Positions 20,291 through 31,297 are shown, numbered from the stretch's first letter. The stretch: 64,000 bases of DNA from an uncultured Candidatus Saccharibacteria bacterium (GCA_964353135.1 CAYGTV010000003.1:26718-90717), one strand, 5' to 3'. Numbers and translations: made by a program. Notes: generated by a model from the letters alone, not told the origin.

Positions 20291-20776
20291 CTAACCACAG
20301 ACGGCGTCTTCTGTCGCGTCTGTCGTGTCTAGAGTGTCAACAGCGGCCGTCTCACCTGAGAACCCTGTACTGTCTACACAGAAGTAGTTTCCAGTTCGAA
20401 GGAGCACGTTGATTCCGTACTCTTCGTCATTGGCAACACAAGTTACAGTTCCACCGGTCTGGGTGTTTGCTGCATCCATAAGTCGGTCTACTTCAGTTGA
20501 GGCACAAATACCGTCAGGAGTACCATCATCATCAGCGGTTTCTGTTCCGTCAGCCGCCATATCTTCATCATCTTCACCATACGTAAATTGGTTTTCAGAG
20601 TAGAAAATCTCAGCTACGTTACGGACGTTGTTGATTGAAGTTTTAGCAGATGCGTCGTTGGCGTTATCTCGAGCGTCGTTGAGTGATCCAAGAACCACTG
20701 CTGCAAGGATACCGATGATCGCGATCACCACGAGGAGCTCGATGAGCGTAAAACCTCGTTGCATTACATTTTTCAT
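20291..20776 (-). CDS. Type IV pilin (probable major pilin)
   Basis: G|FTLIELLVVIAIIGILAA, FCVDS; own leader and terminator. Confidence 0.88.
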   Translation of the reverse strand: MKNVMQRGFTLIELLVVIAIIGILAAVVLGSLNDARDNANDASAKTSINNVRNVAEIFYSENQFTYGEDDEDMAADGTETADDDGTPDGICASTEVDRLMDAANTQTGGTVTCVANDEEYGINVLLRTGNYFCVDSTGFSGETAAVDTLDTTDATEDAVCG

Positions 20777-20921
20777 AAAATAAATTTATATTGCTTTTAA
20801 GTTTGTTTCAGATGTCAGCTGCACATCTCAAACGTTTTCTCTACGTTGTTGTAGATACTATCTATTATACGAAGAAGCGGGCGCCGATGGCGCCCGCAGG
20901 TAACAAAGTGTGGACAACTAT

Positions 20922-22130
20922 CTAAAATCCTGATGTAAGGTTATAGATCGGCATGAGCACTGAGGCCAATAGGACACCAACCCCCAACCCGAGCATAACG
21001 ATCATAATTGGTTCAATCAGACCAATCATAGTGTCGATGGCGTTATTGGCTTCTCGGCGATAAAAGTTAGAAAGCGTTTTGAGGATGTTTGATAAACTTC
21101 CCGTTTCTTCACCAACCTTGGCCATCTGTGCTAGCACCCCTGGGATATGCGGATACTCAGCGATTGATTCAGCAAATGATCGCCCTCCCTTTACTTCGAT
21201 GAGGACTTCGGCCATGATTTGCTTGAAGACGGTATTATCAACCACATCACCAGTTACTTCAATCGCTTGCACCATAGATATACCACTACCAAGCATTGTT
21301 GAAAGGTTATCGCAGATACGAGTCAAAAGCAGCTTTCTTTGCAGGTCTCCTACGTACGGTAACGAGAGCATAAACTCATCAATTGTTCTCTTTCCAACAT
21401 CAGTTTGCATAAAGCGCCAAAAGAATGCAGCCCCACCACCTAGAACCAAAACGATATATCCGACATACCCAACTAAAAAGTCAGAAATACCAATTACAAT
21501 TTGGGTATATATTGGCAACTCTTGTCCAGAATCAATCAAAATAGTTGCAATACTTGGCACCACCTGAGTCATCATTAGAGTCATCACAACGACAAAAATA
21601 CCAACCACAAATGCCGGATAAATTAAGGCGTTTTTAGCCTTTGCTTGAATTTCATATTGTCGGTCTAAATAGTCAGCCAGGTAATCAAATGATTTATCCA
21701 GCGACCCCGACTCTTCACCCGCCTTAACCAAGTTTACATAAAATGATGAAAATATTTCTGGGTGTACAGCTAGTGAACGTGAGATCGAATTACCTGCCTG
21801 CAAATCCTCTACGATCTGATTCATAGCGGTAGCAAGTTTTTTATTTTCCACCTCAGCTGACAGTAGGCTGAAAATACGTAATGGTGAAACCTGTGCCTGA
21901 AATAGCGTAGCAATCTGCCGCGACAAAATAACAACATCTTTGTACGACACGCGCCCAAATAGATCGATTTCAATATCAAAAATTCCTGATTTTGCTGAGA
22001 CTTCATCGATTGATACTAGGGTGTAACCACGTTTTTGGACAGCTGTAATTGCAGCGTCTATAGACGGGGCCTCTACTGTCCCCTCGCGCTGAACGCTTGT
22101 TTGGTCGACGGCTACGTAGGAAAATAACAT
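20922..22130 (-). CDS. pilC: Type IV pilus platform protein PilC (T2SS F family)
   Basis: AGEESGSL, ALIYP, VGEETG, LIEP duplicated GspF domains. Confidence 0.92.
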   Translation of the reverse strand: MLFSYVAVDQTSVQREGTVEAPSIDAAITAVQKRGYTLVSIDEVSAKSGIFDIEIDLFGRVSYKDVVILSRQIATLFQAQVSPLRIFSLLSAEVENKKLATAMNQIVEDLQAGNSISRSLAVHPEIFSSFYVNLVKAGEESGSLDKSFDYLADYLDRQYEIQAKAKNALIYPAFVVGIFVVVMTLMMTQVVPSIATILIDSGQELPIYTQIVIGISDFLVGYVGYIVLVLGGGAAFFWRFMQTDVGKRTIDEFMLSLPYVGDLQRKLLLTRICDNLSTMLGSGISMVQAIEVTGDVVDNTVFKQIMAEVLIEVKGGRSFAESIAEYPHIPGVLAQMAKVGEETGSLSNILKTLSNFYRREANNAIDTMIGLIEPIMIVMLGLGVGVLLASVLMPIYNLTSGF

Positions 22131-22133
22131 ATG

Positions 22134-23204
22134 CTAAATAAGGCGTTCTAGACCCTTTGGATTACTCGAGTAAGTAAAGGCGTTTTCGGTTGTGATCAAG
22201 CCGTTTTGCACCAGGCGAGCAAGCGATCGATTCATGTCGATCATACCGTGCTCCAGTCCGGTTTCGATCACAGAACCGATCTCGTGGATTCGGTTTTCTC
22301 GGATCAGGTTGGCGACAGCTGTGTTATTGATCAACAACTCGTACGCTGGGACCAACCCACCGTCAATTTTTGGAATCAGTCGCTGAGAGAAAATACCAAG
22401 TAGTGACCCAGCTAACTGCGACCTGATTTGGTTCTGTTGAGAACCTGGAAACACGTCAACAATACGTGTGATCGTTTGGGCGGCGTCATTGGTGTGGAGC
22501 GTAGACAACACTAGGTGTCCAGTTTCAGCAGCGGTAACAGCGGCCTCGATCGTTTCTGCATTTCGCATCTCGCCAACCAGAATCGCATCTACGTCTTGTC
22601 GAAAAGCAGCATTTAAGGCTGACTCAAATGATTTTGAATCAAGTCCGACTTCTCGTTGGTCAATCAATGATTTTTCTTCCTGGTAGATATATTCAATTGG
22701 GTCTTCGATGGTGACGATATGGTCTGCGCGCGTTTTGTTGATCACGTTAACCATAGCGGCTAGGGTGGTTGATTTACCCTGCCCTACTGGACCTACACAG
22801 AGGAAAAATCCCTGGGTGCGTTGAGTAAAACTTTCCAAAATTGGTGGCAAGCTTAGATCCTCAAATGAGCGAATCACATTAGGGATCAGACGCAGCGCAA
22901 TGCCCATTTGGCCTCTTTGGTAAAAAGCGTTTCCTCGAAATCGAATCCCTTCGGCATTCTCATATGAAAAGTCAACTTCATTAAACTCGATATACTTGGC
23001 GTACTGATCCTTTCGCATCAAAATCCGCGCAAAGGCATCTAGGTCGCGCTCATTTAATACCGGTTTTTTGAGCAAAGGAATAAGCGTCCCTGAAACCCGG
23101 ATCAATGGGTGAGACTCAACTGACAAGTGTAAATCAGATGCTTTTTCTTCCAAAATAACACTAACGATGGCATCAAATTCTTTTTTGTAATCCGTACTTG
23201 TCAT
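22134..23204 (-). CDS. pilT: Retraction ATPase PilT
   Basis: GPVGQGKST, TIEDPIE, VGEMR, AAETGHLV, ANLIRE. Confidence 0.92.
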   Translation of the reverse strand: MTSTDYKKEFDAIVSVILEEKASDLHLSVESHPLIRVSGTLIPLLKKPVLNERDLDAFARILMRKDQYAKYIEFNEVDFSYENAEGIRFRGNAFYQRGQMGIALRLIPNVIRSFEDLSLPPILESFTQRTQGFFLCVGPVGQGKSTTLAAMVNVINKTRADHIVTIEDPIEYIYQEEKSLIDQREVGLDSKSFESALNAAFRQDVDAILVGEMRNAETIEAAVTAAETGHLVLSTLHTNDAAQTITRIVDVFPGSQQNQIRSQLAGSLLGIFSQRLIPKIDGGLVPAYELLINNTAVANLIRENRIHEIGSVIETGLEHGMIDMNRSLARLVQNGLITTENAFTYSSNPKGLERLI

Positions 23205-23206
23205 AT

Positions 23207-23590
23207 CTAATTTTTACTACCAATAATGTCCGAAACCTGTTTTACTACATCCGAAGGGATCGCTTCTGCCTTTATTATATATCCATCTGCTCCGACTGAT
23301 TCTGCTTCTGCTATGTCTGAGTCTTGTCCTTGATTTGAAAGCACAATGCATTTTGCTTTCATTTTTGGAAAAGATTCTTTGATCTCTTTGATCAGTTCGA
23401 TTCCGCCAATACCAGGCATGACCATATCAAGCAGTATTACATCAAAGTCTGGGGACTGCTGAATCAGCGTTAGTGCCTGATGTCCAGTTTCAGCAACCTG
23501 TACGTCGAAGTTTGAGTCACCGAATTTGATTGCGTACATATCACGCAAAAACGCATCATCATCAACTAGCAAGAGCTTTTTGATCTTCAT
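23207..23590 (-). CDS. Stand-alone CheY-like response regulator
   Basis: LVDDD, LLDMVMP, YIIK. Confidence 0.88.
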   Translation of the reverse strand: MKIKKLLLVDDDAFLRDMYAIKFGDSNFDVQVAETGHQALTLIQQSPDFDVILLDMVMPGIGGIELIKEIKESFPKMKAKCIVLSNQGQDSDIAEAESVGADGYIIKAEAIPSDVVKQVSDIIGSKN

Positions 23591-25406
23591 TACTATCCAT
23601 TATAGCCTGATCTGGCTCTACCAAGGTTTGGTTATCGACACGATCTGGCAGTTCTTCTTCTAGGAGTTCATCAATACCAATCTGCGTACCAAACGTCATC
23701 ATTTCCTCGTGAGGAATCTCGTGGTTTAATGCTTTGATCATTGCGTCTTCTTGGATAGTTGTAAATCCGTTTTTTCTGGCCGCCGCTAGAAAGGCTTCTT
23801 CGGGAGCGCTTTTTAGGATCAGCTCCTGTATTTCTGGTGTAATTTCTAAGACCTCAGTGACCGCCGTACGACCACGGTACCCAGTTGAACAGCTAGGTGT
23901 CGGTTCTGGGTGCAACATTGTTGTCTTGTCTGGAATACGAGCGTGAAACTTTTCTGGTATCAAATTTTTAATATTTTTAATTCGGTCAAGAGTGGCGGAG
24001 TTAATTTCTTTCTCAATACCGGTCCCATCACAAAGTTTTTTAGACAACCGTTGAGCGATCGCCATTTTAAGGGTCGGTGCAATTAAATACGGGTCAACCC
24101 CCATATCAATCAAACGCGGAATCACTCCAATCGAGTTGTTGGTGTGAATAGTAGACAGCACTAAGTGACCTGTTAGAGCGGCCTGGATCGCCAACTGGGC
24201 GGTTTCTTTATCTCGAATCTCTCCCACCATAATGATGTCAGGATCCTGACGCAGAGCAGCTCGCAAGCCAGTTGCGAACGTATACCCAATTTCTGGACGC
24301 ACTTGCGACTGACTTACTCCTTCCAGGTTGTATTCGATCGGGTCCTCAAGCGACATTACATTTTCTGTCAGGGTGTCCACCTCCCCAATCATTCCACGCA
24401 ACGTTGTAGATTTACCAGACCCGGTTGGACCAGAGATGAGGATGATCCCATACGGCTCCTTGACGATCTTTTTGATAACATCAAGGTTATACTTTGATAT
24501 TCCACTATCTTCGAGAGTCAGCACTCCCTTTCCAGTGTCTAAAATACGCATTACTACCTTCTCACCGTGATTAGTTGGAAGTACGGAGACACGAAAGTCG
24601 ATTTTGCGTCCATCAAAGGTTGCCGAAAAACGTCCGTCTTGTGGCTTGCGCCGCTCATCTAGACGCATAGCTGAGAGAATTTTTACCCGGGCCACCACAG
24701 CCATGTGCACATTTTTAGGTAGTTCCAAACTTGTAGCAAGTCCACCATCGACTCTAAACCTGACCCCGACCTTTTGAGGGGTTGGTTCAATGTGAATGTC
24801 AGATGCTTGACCATCAACTGCGTATCGCAAAATAGTTGCCACAATTTTAGTGACCGGAGCATCTTCCTCAATATGGTCTACCGATTCACGATCTGATTCA
24901 CTGACCCCTTCTAGGCTGGCGGCAATTTCGGCGTCTAATTCCGACTCTAGGTTTTCAAGCGCACTGTCCACCTCCCCTTCAAGGTTGGCATAAAACTTGC
25001 TTACTTCTGCTATCTCAGAACTAAGCATAAACACCATGTGATACGGCATGTTGTTTTTAGTACTGATGAAATTGAGTGCTTCTCGCATTCGCAAGTCGTC
25101 AGGATTATTCACCCCGACAACCAGTACATCCTGCTCAATTTTCAGCGGTACAATTTGGTAATGAGTAGCCGCAGTTTCTGGGACCATGTTAAGCACCTGC
25201 TGGGACACCTTGAAGCCTTCCGGCAAAGTGAAGTGTTCAACTTCATAGAAGTTTGCAAAAAATTCTGCAATCTGTGTACCAGGGATACCTTCCGCTATCA
25301 GGAGTTCCTCGAGACTAACTCCCTCTTCTTGAAAACGCACTTGTAAAGCTGCGGCCTGCTCTGCAGTTACCAAAGAAGATTCTTTTAAAGCAGCAAAAGG
25401 ATCCAT
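23562..25406 (-). CDS. pilB: Pilus assembly ATPase PilB/GspE
   Basis: ASDIHIEP, PQDGR, GPTGSGKST, RQDPDIIMVGEIRD, AALTGHLV. Confidence 0.93.
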   Translation of the reverse strand: MDPFAALKESSLVTAEQAAALQVRFQEEGVSLEELLIAEGIPGTQIAEFFANFYEVEHFTLPEGFKVSQQVLNMVPETAATHYQIVPLKIEQDVLVVGVNNPDDLRMREALNFISTKNNMPYHMVFMLSSEIAEVSKFYANLEGEVDSALENLESELDAEIAASLEGVSESDRESVDHIEEDAPVTKIVATILRYAVDGQASDIHIEPTPQKVGVRFRVDGGLATSLELPKNVHMAVVARVKILSAMRLDERRKPQDGRFSATFDGRKIDFRVSVLPTNHGEKVVMRILDTGKGVLTLEDSGISKYNLDVIKKIVKEPYGIILISGPTGSGKSTTLRGMIGEVDTLTENVMSLEDPIEYNLEGVSQSQVRPEIGYTFATGLRAALRQDPDIIMVGEIRDKETAQLAIQAALTGHLVLSTIHTNNSIGVIPRLIDMGVDPYLIAPTLKMAIAQRLSKKLCDGTGIEKEINSATLDRIKNIKNLIPEKFHARIPDKTTMLHPEPTPSCSTGYRGRTAVTEVLEITPEIQELILKSAPEEAFLAAARKNGFTTIQEDAMIKALNHEIPHEEMMTFGTQIGIDELLEEELPDRVDNQTLVEPDQAIMDSNEDQKALAS

Positions 25407-25408
25407 AC

Positions 25409-25747
25409 CTATTGTGACACTGGTGTTGAATTAAACGATGGAGCAAACGGATTTGGTCGACCAACCTGGAAATCACTCGGTGGGGGTGAATACGATTTTA
25501 ATGAATTAAAAACTGGGTCATCAAATAACTCAGTATCCATTTGTATCTCAGAGAGAGTTCGGCTACGCTCGACAAACAGCTGGGACGATGACAGTAATTG
25601 CTGCAGCTGCTGATCAGATGGATTGGCGGTTAAAAACGGTGACGAATTCTGGGAAAAAAGAATATACCCAGCCACAGCTGTAATAACGATTCCTACCAAT
25701 ACAATTATGTTCGTGGTTGATTTATTCATATCAAAGTCATTATTCAA
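25409..25747 (-). CDS. Pilus-associated membrane protein (PilP position)
   Basis: TM helix, GRPNPF motif, operon position. Confidence 0.6.
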   Translation of the reverse strand: MNNDFDMNKSTTNIIVLVGIVITAVAGYILFSQNSSPFLTANPSDQQLQQLLSSSQLFVERSRTLSEIQMDTELFDDPVFNSLKSYSPPPSDFQVGRPNPFAPSFNSTPVSQ

Positions 25748-26309
25748 TCTCTATCCCAGTACTGGTAACGTAGGTCACGATAACTGCATCTACTGACAGT
25801 GAGACCCCGTCTGCCCCAGTAACCTCTAGAGTATAAATTTGTAATGGATATTCGTTTTGCTCGAGCATGCTAAAGAAATCCTTTAGGCGGTTATAACTAC
25901 CGTCTACTGATACGGCAAACTCATGTCCCAGAGGGGCTTCATCTGTTTGAGAGAGACGTGCTGCCGGACTGCTGTCTATCTTTTTTCCATTGTATTGGAT
26001 TACTGTATAGTTCACCCCTGCATTTTGTGCGATGATTTCAATATCACGAAGCACAGCAACTTCATCAAGCAAGGCTGGCATGTAGGTCGCAAGTCTCTCA
26101 CGATCATTTACAGAAACTGACTCTAATTCAGACACCCGCGCGGCCAAAATACGGTTTGTTTCTGTAACTCGTTCTCGCTCAACTGTATATTCTTGTACTT
26201 GGGTTTGTAGTTCACCGATTTCTGCAAATGTTGGACGTACAACAAGTGATACGATTGCAATCGCTAAACCTATTGCGCCAATTTGTGAAATTAATCCAAG
26301 CGGTTTCAT
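25740..26309 (-). CDS. pilO: PilO-like protein
   Basis: TM plus coiled coil, GSYNRLKDFFxxLE. Confidence 0.75.
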   Translation of the reverse strand: MKPLGLISQIGAIGLAIAIVSLVVRPTFAEIGELQTQVQEYTVERERVTETNRILAARVSELESVSVNDRERLATYMPALLDEVAVLRDIEIIAQNAGVNYTVIQYNGKKIDSSPAARLSQTDEAPLGHEFAVSVDGSYNRLKDFFSMLEQNEYPLQIYTLEVTGADGVSLSVDAVIVTYVTSTGIEIE

Positions 26310-27100
26310 ATAGTAGTTTCGTTATCTTCTAGACGGTCTTCGTCAAGGGGAATAATCTCGTCCGATAGTGAGCTGGTATCTTCAAAATCTGGCTCAGTAT
26401 TTTCTGTTGTATCAACCTCTGGAATGTTTAATATATCAGCCGCGTCGCTTGATTGATACACCCCAATATCTGTCCGACGAGCCTCCAACGGATCATAGAG
26501 CGCAGCTGAAAGTGGAATCGAGAAATCAGCTATAAATGTAACCGCTGGTGGTGTAGCTACTCCTTCAGCCAATACAGCTTCTGCGCCGCTTTGAATATCA
26601 ACCTCTGAGATTGTAACGTCCGAGAATAGAGCGCTGTTTGCAGTCAAAACTTTACGCTGGAACAAAGCAGCATCGAGGGTTTCAGTAGAAAAGTTAATCG
26701 TTAGGATTAAACGTTGGTCTCCTTCTCGTTCTAGTGCAAGGTCGTTAATCTGGATCGGCTGCGCAGTGATCCTATCCATTTCATCTAAGACAGCTACGAT
26801 GGAAACCGTATTGTCGACGCGATCTTTTGCCTTTTCCAACGACTCATTAAACTCTTGGACTTGTTTAAAATCCTGGATACTGAATGTGTTTACGGCACCA
26901 TCAAGTAGGATGGCTTCGTTCTCGAGCTGGGAAATTGTATAGTTTTTGTAGAAATAAGTACCCCCCGCAGCCAGTAATGCTCCAAAGAGCATGCTGTACG
27001 CAACAATCGTAATCAGGAAAATCTTCCGTGTAGGTCTTGAGCTTTGACGCTTGGAGTTGCGCCTTTTTGGTATAAAAGAATTGTTTGAGGAACCTTGCAT
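26306..27100 (-). CDS. PilN-like protein
   Basis: SFIPK N-terminus, TM helix, position between pilM and pilO. Confidence 0.65.
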   Translation of the reverse strand: MQGSSNNSFIPKRRNSKRQSSRPTRKIFLITIVAYSMLFGALLAAGGTYFYKNYTISQLENEAILLDGAVNTFSIQDFKQVQEFNESLEKAKDRVDNTVSIVAVLDEMDRITAQPIQINDLALEREGDQRLILTINFSTETLDAALFQRKVLTANSALFSDVTISEVDIQSGAEAVLAEGVATPPAVTFIADFSIPLSAALYDPLEARRTDIGVYQSSDAADILNIPEVDTTENTEPDFEDTSSLSDEIIPLDEDRLEDNETTI

Positions 27101-27162
27101 CGTACTAATAGTATACGCTTTGTTTTGAGGAGAAAATAAAGCAGTGTGGAAAGCTTTTATAG

Positions 27163-28227
27163 CTATTCAAAGTGCCGTAAAGCTGCCCCTAGGGCAGGTA
27201 CAAATGATGGTCCGATTTCTTTCATAGCGTCTTCCATAAAGGCTGGGTATGCAACGTTGGTAAACGGATTAATATACTCAGCCTGAATACCAACTGAATC
27301 TTGGATCATTTTGTTCAGTCCGCTATACAGACTCGCCCCGCCACACACGTGAATCGCGTCAATTTCAATATCGTGGGCTGCCTGATGATGATCAATCACT
27401 TGACGGAATTCGCGTAGTGCCCGTCCATACACTTTGCTATACACCCCCTTGAGGCTACCATACTCTGGACTATCGGCCGTGATTTGTATTTTGTTAAGCT
27501 CTGCAGTTTCAAAATCAGTCTCTTGTAGTTCGGCAAATTGCTGTGTCACTTGTGTTCCGCCTACATTGATACGATGCATCCGGTTAAGTACCCCCTCACT
27601 TGAGATATACATTTTGGCTGAAGATGCCCCAAAATCCATAATGATGGTATGGCCACTAGAAGGGATCGTTCGACTGGTACTAAAACACTCAATTTCGGTT
27701 GGAGAACCCTGCAGACCAACAAACTGCATCAGTACATTTAATCGTTCGATCGCTGTGTTTTGGATTGCCGCAATTAAAACTGGCCGACCAGTTTGTCCGG
27801 GAGGAGCCTCTAACTCTGCCCAATCGAGCGTCACCTCACTGAGTGAGGCTGGGATAATTTTTCGAGCCTCAATACGAACCTGTGCACTGAGGTCAGCATC
27901 AGGTCCGATATCAAGTGACGTAGTACTGATAAAGCTTGCTGATAGAGGCATCGCAAATACTGCCTGCCTGGCTTTGACTGCTGACTCGCGAATGACATCA
28001 ACCAGGGCTTCTTGTTCCTGTTTTGGACCTAGTTGAACTACCGCACCAAGCGCTTTTTCATCATATGGACCCAGTTGGATTTCGCCGTACGTAACCAGTG
28101 TTAACACCCCACCCTTCTCCTCAAGCTCTACCACTTTGATTGAAGATGATCCAATATCAATACCCAGCACGTTTGGTGCTGACTGTGTTGCTTGGACAGA
28201 TTTGATGAGGTTAGATAAAAGTCCCAT
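27163..28227 (-). CDS. pilM: Pilus assembly protein PilM
   Basis: GIDIGSSSIKVVEL, DFGA, CGG, ALGAALR actin-like fold. Confidence 0.92.
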   Translation of the reverse strand: MGLLSNLIKSVQATQSAPNVLGIDIGSSSIKVVELEEKGGVLTLVTYGEIQLGPYDEKALGAVVQLGPKQEQEALVDVIRESAVKARQAVFAMPLSASFISTTSLDIGPDADLSAQVRIEARKIIPASLSEVTLDWAELEAPPGQTGRPVLIAAIQNTAIERLNVLMQFVGLQGSPTEIECFSTSRTIPSSGHTIIMDFGASSAKMYISSEGVLNRMHRINVGGTQVTQQFAELQETDFETAELNKIQITADSPEYGSLKGVYSKVYGRALREFRQVIDHHQAAHDIEIDAIHVCGGASLYSGLNKMIQDSVGIQAEYINPFTNVAYPAFMEDAMKEIGPSFVPALGAALRHFE

Positions 28228-28282
28228 AAAACGATAGCTACCAAAATAGTAGCACGACTCGGTTCACGATATACTAGTAATT

Positions 28283-28855
28283 ATGCGTGACCAGTGGAGA
28301 CTACTCTGTGAAACATTGTGGCCAGAACCACAAATATCAGATCTACCAGCAACCCTACCAGGGCGGTACAAACACACCCATTTCTTACTTCCGTACAAAA
28401 ACCCGATTGTAAAAAATAACATTCGCAATAACAAATTTCATTTTCATTCCAGCTCGGCCAAAGCTCTGGCAACTGTAGTCGACCAATTTCTAAAGCGGTA
28501 TCCTGACGCAACTATCATTCCTATCCCTAGCAGCACCAACCGGGAACGAAAGCGGGGCTACGACCATTTGCTAAACATTTTGCAGCATAGTCAGCACAGA
28601 AACCAAGTTCGCGTTAACATCCTCAAGAAGGAAATCAACACAGCACAACAAAGTCACGTATCTATACAGGTTCGACTGCGCCAGCAGGTAGGATCATTTA
28701 CTTGTGACATCCATAAAATATCTTCGCTACCGGCAACAGTCGTTTTGTTTGATGATGTTGTAACAACGGAAGCAACCATGAGTGCGGCGCGAGAAACACT
28801 CGCATCAACCCTTCCGACTGGAACCAAGATTATCTGCTTTGCGATTGCACATTAA
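28283..28855 (+). CDS. comF: ComF-family phosphoribosyltransferase-like protein
   Basis: IPIP..RxRGY, FDDVVTTEAT (PRPP loop, G replaced by E). Confidence 0.75.
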   Translation: MRDQWRLLCETLWPEPQISDLPATLPGRYKHTHFLLPYKNPIVKNNIRNNKFHFHSSSAKALATVVDQFLKRYPDATIIPIPSSTNRERKRGYDHLLNILQHSQHRNQVRVNILKKEINTAQQSHVSIQVRLRQQVGSFTCDIHKISSLPATVVLFDDVVTTEATMSAARETLASTLPTGTKIICFAIAH

Positions 28856-28895
28856 AAAACAGGCAGTCCTATCGGACTACCTGTTTTAAACCACT

Positions 28896-29216
28896 CTACT
28901 TTCCGTATTTTTTAGCTAGCAGATAGTAAACAACTGCTCGGTATTTTCGGTTGATACCTGACATCTGTTCTAGGACCTCAGCAATTGCTGCCATTCCTTT
29001 TGCTTCGTCAGTTTCAGCCAGCTCGTCTGCCACAAAATTTGTGTAGACTCGCTTTACTTCTGCTGGGTCTGTCGCTGCGACACACTGCCCATCGGCATCA
29101 TAGTTTGCTGGACCACACGCGTCGGTAGCCATTTCTAGCACGTCAGCATCAACCGAGACCTTGAGGTCTTTTAGTTGTGCTGTGTATTTCTCCATCATTT
29201 CAACTTTAGTAGACAT
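28896..29216 (-). CDS. DUF2853 family protein
   Basis: CGP..Y..D, RKYRAVVYYLL. Confidence 0.75.
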   Translation of the reverse strand: MSTKVEMMEKYTAQLKDLKVSVDADVLEMATDACGPANYDADGQCVAATDPAEVKRVYTNFVADELAETDEAKGMAAIAEVLEQMSGINRKYRAVVYYLLAKKYGK

Positions 29217-29286
29217 AACTTCTATTATTTTAATGAATAAGTCTGTTCATCATACTCCGGTAGGTGCTGATTAGCAAAATCAAATT

Positions 29287-30426
29287 TTAATGGTGATGTC
29301 CGTGCCCGTGTGAATGACCATGATGGTGGTGACCATGTTTTGGCGTATAGTCCCGCAAGAAGTACACCGCCAAACCGGTTACAATCGGAACCGTCATAAT
29401 CAATCCAATACTTCCAACAATTGCGCGAATGATTTCGGTCGCGAATAGTTCGGAGTTCACCAGCGACCAAAACGAAAGTGGTGACAAGTGAAAATACATT
29501 AGTAGCGGCAACGATGCGCCAACGTAGGCCAAAACGAGCGTGTTCACCAAAGCGCCCACATGTTCTCGTCCGACTCGGATAGCCTTTTGGTATACCTCGC
29601 GCGCCTTGAGAGTTTTGTTGCTGTTAAACAACTCGGTTACCACTGCTGCCTGAGTGACGGCAATATCATCGAGCACTCCAAGCACACCGATAATAATCGC
29701 CCCCAGTAGCAACCCGGTAAAATCAAGCGATCCGTTGGTGGCAAAATTAAGGAACACTGACTCATCAGTCACAAACCCACTTAACTTGGCTTGTGTTACA
29801 GCCACAAACGCCAGTATCCCCGTCAAAAACACCGCCAGCATTGTCCCTCCATACGCTACCGCTGATTCACGGTTAAATCCGTGAGTAAAGAAAATCGCTG
29901 CGAACAGAACCCCTGACGCAACCAGCGTACTGAGCACCAAGGGGTTGTATCCAGCCACCAACCCTGGAAGCAGAACATAGAAAATCGCTAGAAAGCTCCC
30001 ACCGAGCGCAACCAGTGATCGTAACCCCTGCCAACCACCGAACAGAATAATGGTTAGTACAAATAAACCAAAGAAAAACAAAAGTGAATCTCGCCGATCG
30101 ATGTTTACGACAAAATAAGACTCAGTCCCATCAATGTAAATATTGTGATTGAAATAAAATTTATCTCCCGGCTCTAGCTTCAGATACTCGTTTTCGATAG
30201 TTAGCGTCTGCCCTACTTTTGGACCATCAAGTACCTGAACCGAAATGGTTTGCAGCAGTGTGTCGGTACCCGTCCCTGGCACTTCTCGCAATTGCTGTTC
30301 CAGAACTGACAACACTTCCCCACGATAGGTTCCTTGGTATTCGTTGTAGACTTCTTGGGCATTACCAGCAAACGGAGTAACGAGCAAACAGACGACAAAC
30401 GCGCAGCGAATCAATTGAGCAAACAT
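29287..30426 (-). CDS. YibE/F family membrane protein with His-rich tail
   Basis: GVLDDIAVTQ, VNTLVLAY, GHHHHGHSHGHGHHH. Confidence 0.88.
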   Translation of the reverse strand: MFAQLIRCAFVVCLLVTPFAGNAQEVYNEYQGTYRGEVLSVLEQQLREVPGTGTDTLLQTISVQVLDGPKVGQTLTIENEYLKLEPGDKFYFNHNIYIDGTESYFVVNIDRRDSLLFFFGLFVLTIILFGGWQGLRSLVALGGSFLAIFYVLLPGLVAGYNPLVLSTLVASGVLFAAIFFTHGFNRESAVAYGGTMLAVFLTGILAFVAVTQAKLSGFVTDESVFLNFATNGSLDFTGLLLGAIIIGVLGVLDDIAVTQAAVVTELFNSNKTLKAREVYQKAIRVGREHVGALVNTLVLAYVGASLPLLMYFHLSPLSFWSLVNSELFATEIIRAIVGSIGLIMTVPIVTGLAVYFLRDYTPKHGHHHHGHSHGHGHHH

Positions 30427-30446
30427 TACGGTAATACTACCAAATC

Positions 30447-31277
30447 TTAATGATCATGCTCGTCGACGTATTCGTCTGCATGGTGGTCATGTAATTCAGC
30501 TTCATGGTCATCGTGACCATCATGATTGTGTCCATATTGCGCATGAGACCAGTCGAGAATAAACGTCATCACCGTAAACCCGATAACAATTGCCAGTGTG
30601 GCATACCAAATGTTGCCGTAGCTTTTCAGGTTCCCATGAATTCGCGGCAACATATCGCTCGCAGCAAGGAACAAGAGTGCTCCAGCTGCAATTCCAGTCA
30701 GCACCCACACCCATTCCCCACCTTCACTTGACACAACCATAATCAAAATCGTTCCAACGATAATAGAAGAAGCTGAAAGCAAGTTACGTGCGGCCGCTTG
30801 CCACCGGGTATACCCCGCTCGGATAAATACTCCGAACTCTACGATCTCTTGAGGGATTTCATGTAGTGCGAGTCCAATAGCAGTGGCAAACCCTACACTT
30901 GGATCAATTAGAAATGCACCACCAAGGATAATACCGTCAGCGAGGTTATGAAACGCGTCACCAACCAGCAGCAACCCGGCTGAGGTTTTTCGATTACAGT
31001 CGTCGGCATCAAGCGAATGAAATCGTTTATGTAAAAATTGTGCAAACACGTAGAACCCGAGGAACCCAAATGCAACTGCGACCCCTCCCCAGGTTGGTGC
31101 TGCCGCCAGTGTTTCTGGAATTAATTCAAACAATACTAGACTGAGGAACACCCCAACCGCCACCGGTATAACAAACCGTTCAATTCCAACTAAACCTTTG
31201 TGGTTACCAAAAACCAGCGCTCCGATAAGTGACACACCAGCCAGTGCAGCGGCTGTGATAATAGCTTCAATATACAT
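30447..31277 (-). CDS. ZIP family zinc transporter
   Basis: HNLADG, HEIPQE, His-rich C-terminus. Confidence 0.9.
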   Translation of the reverse strand: MYIEAIITAAALAGVSLIGALVFGNHKGLVGIERFVIPVAVGVFLSLVLFELIPETLAAAPTWGGVAVAFGFLGFYVFAQFLHKRFHSLDADDCNRKTSAGLLLVGDAFHNLADGIILGGAFLIDPSVGFATAIGLALHEIPQEIVEFGVFIRAGYTRWQAAARNLLSASSIIVGTILIMVVSSEGGEWVWVLTGIAAGALLFLAASDMLPRIHGNLKSYGNIWYATLAIVIGFTVMTFILDWSHAQYGHNHDGHDDHEAELHDHHADEYVDEHDH

Positions 31278-31297
31278 ATAAAAATTAAAATAGATTA

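Noticed and set aside
20905-27155. DnaA-box-like TGTGGA(C/A)AA words suggesting an origin
   Set aside because: Isolated, imperfect and not clustered; no dnaA or unwinding element nearby.
21079-28036. Long plus-strand ORFs within the pilus operon (e.g. 21079-21567, 27434-28036)
   Set aside because: Fully antisense to well-supported genes, with no motifs. The same applies to similar shadows in gatA, ligA, recQ and malic enzyme.
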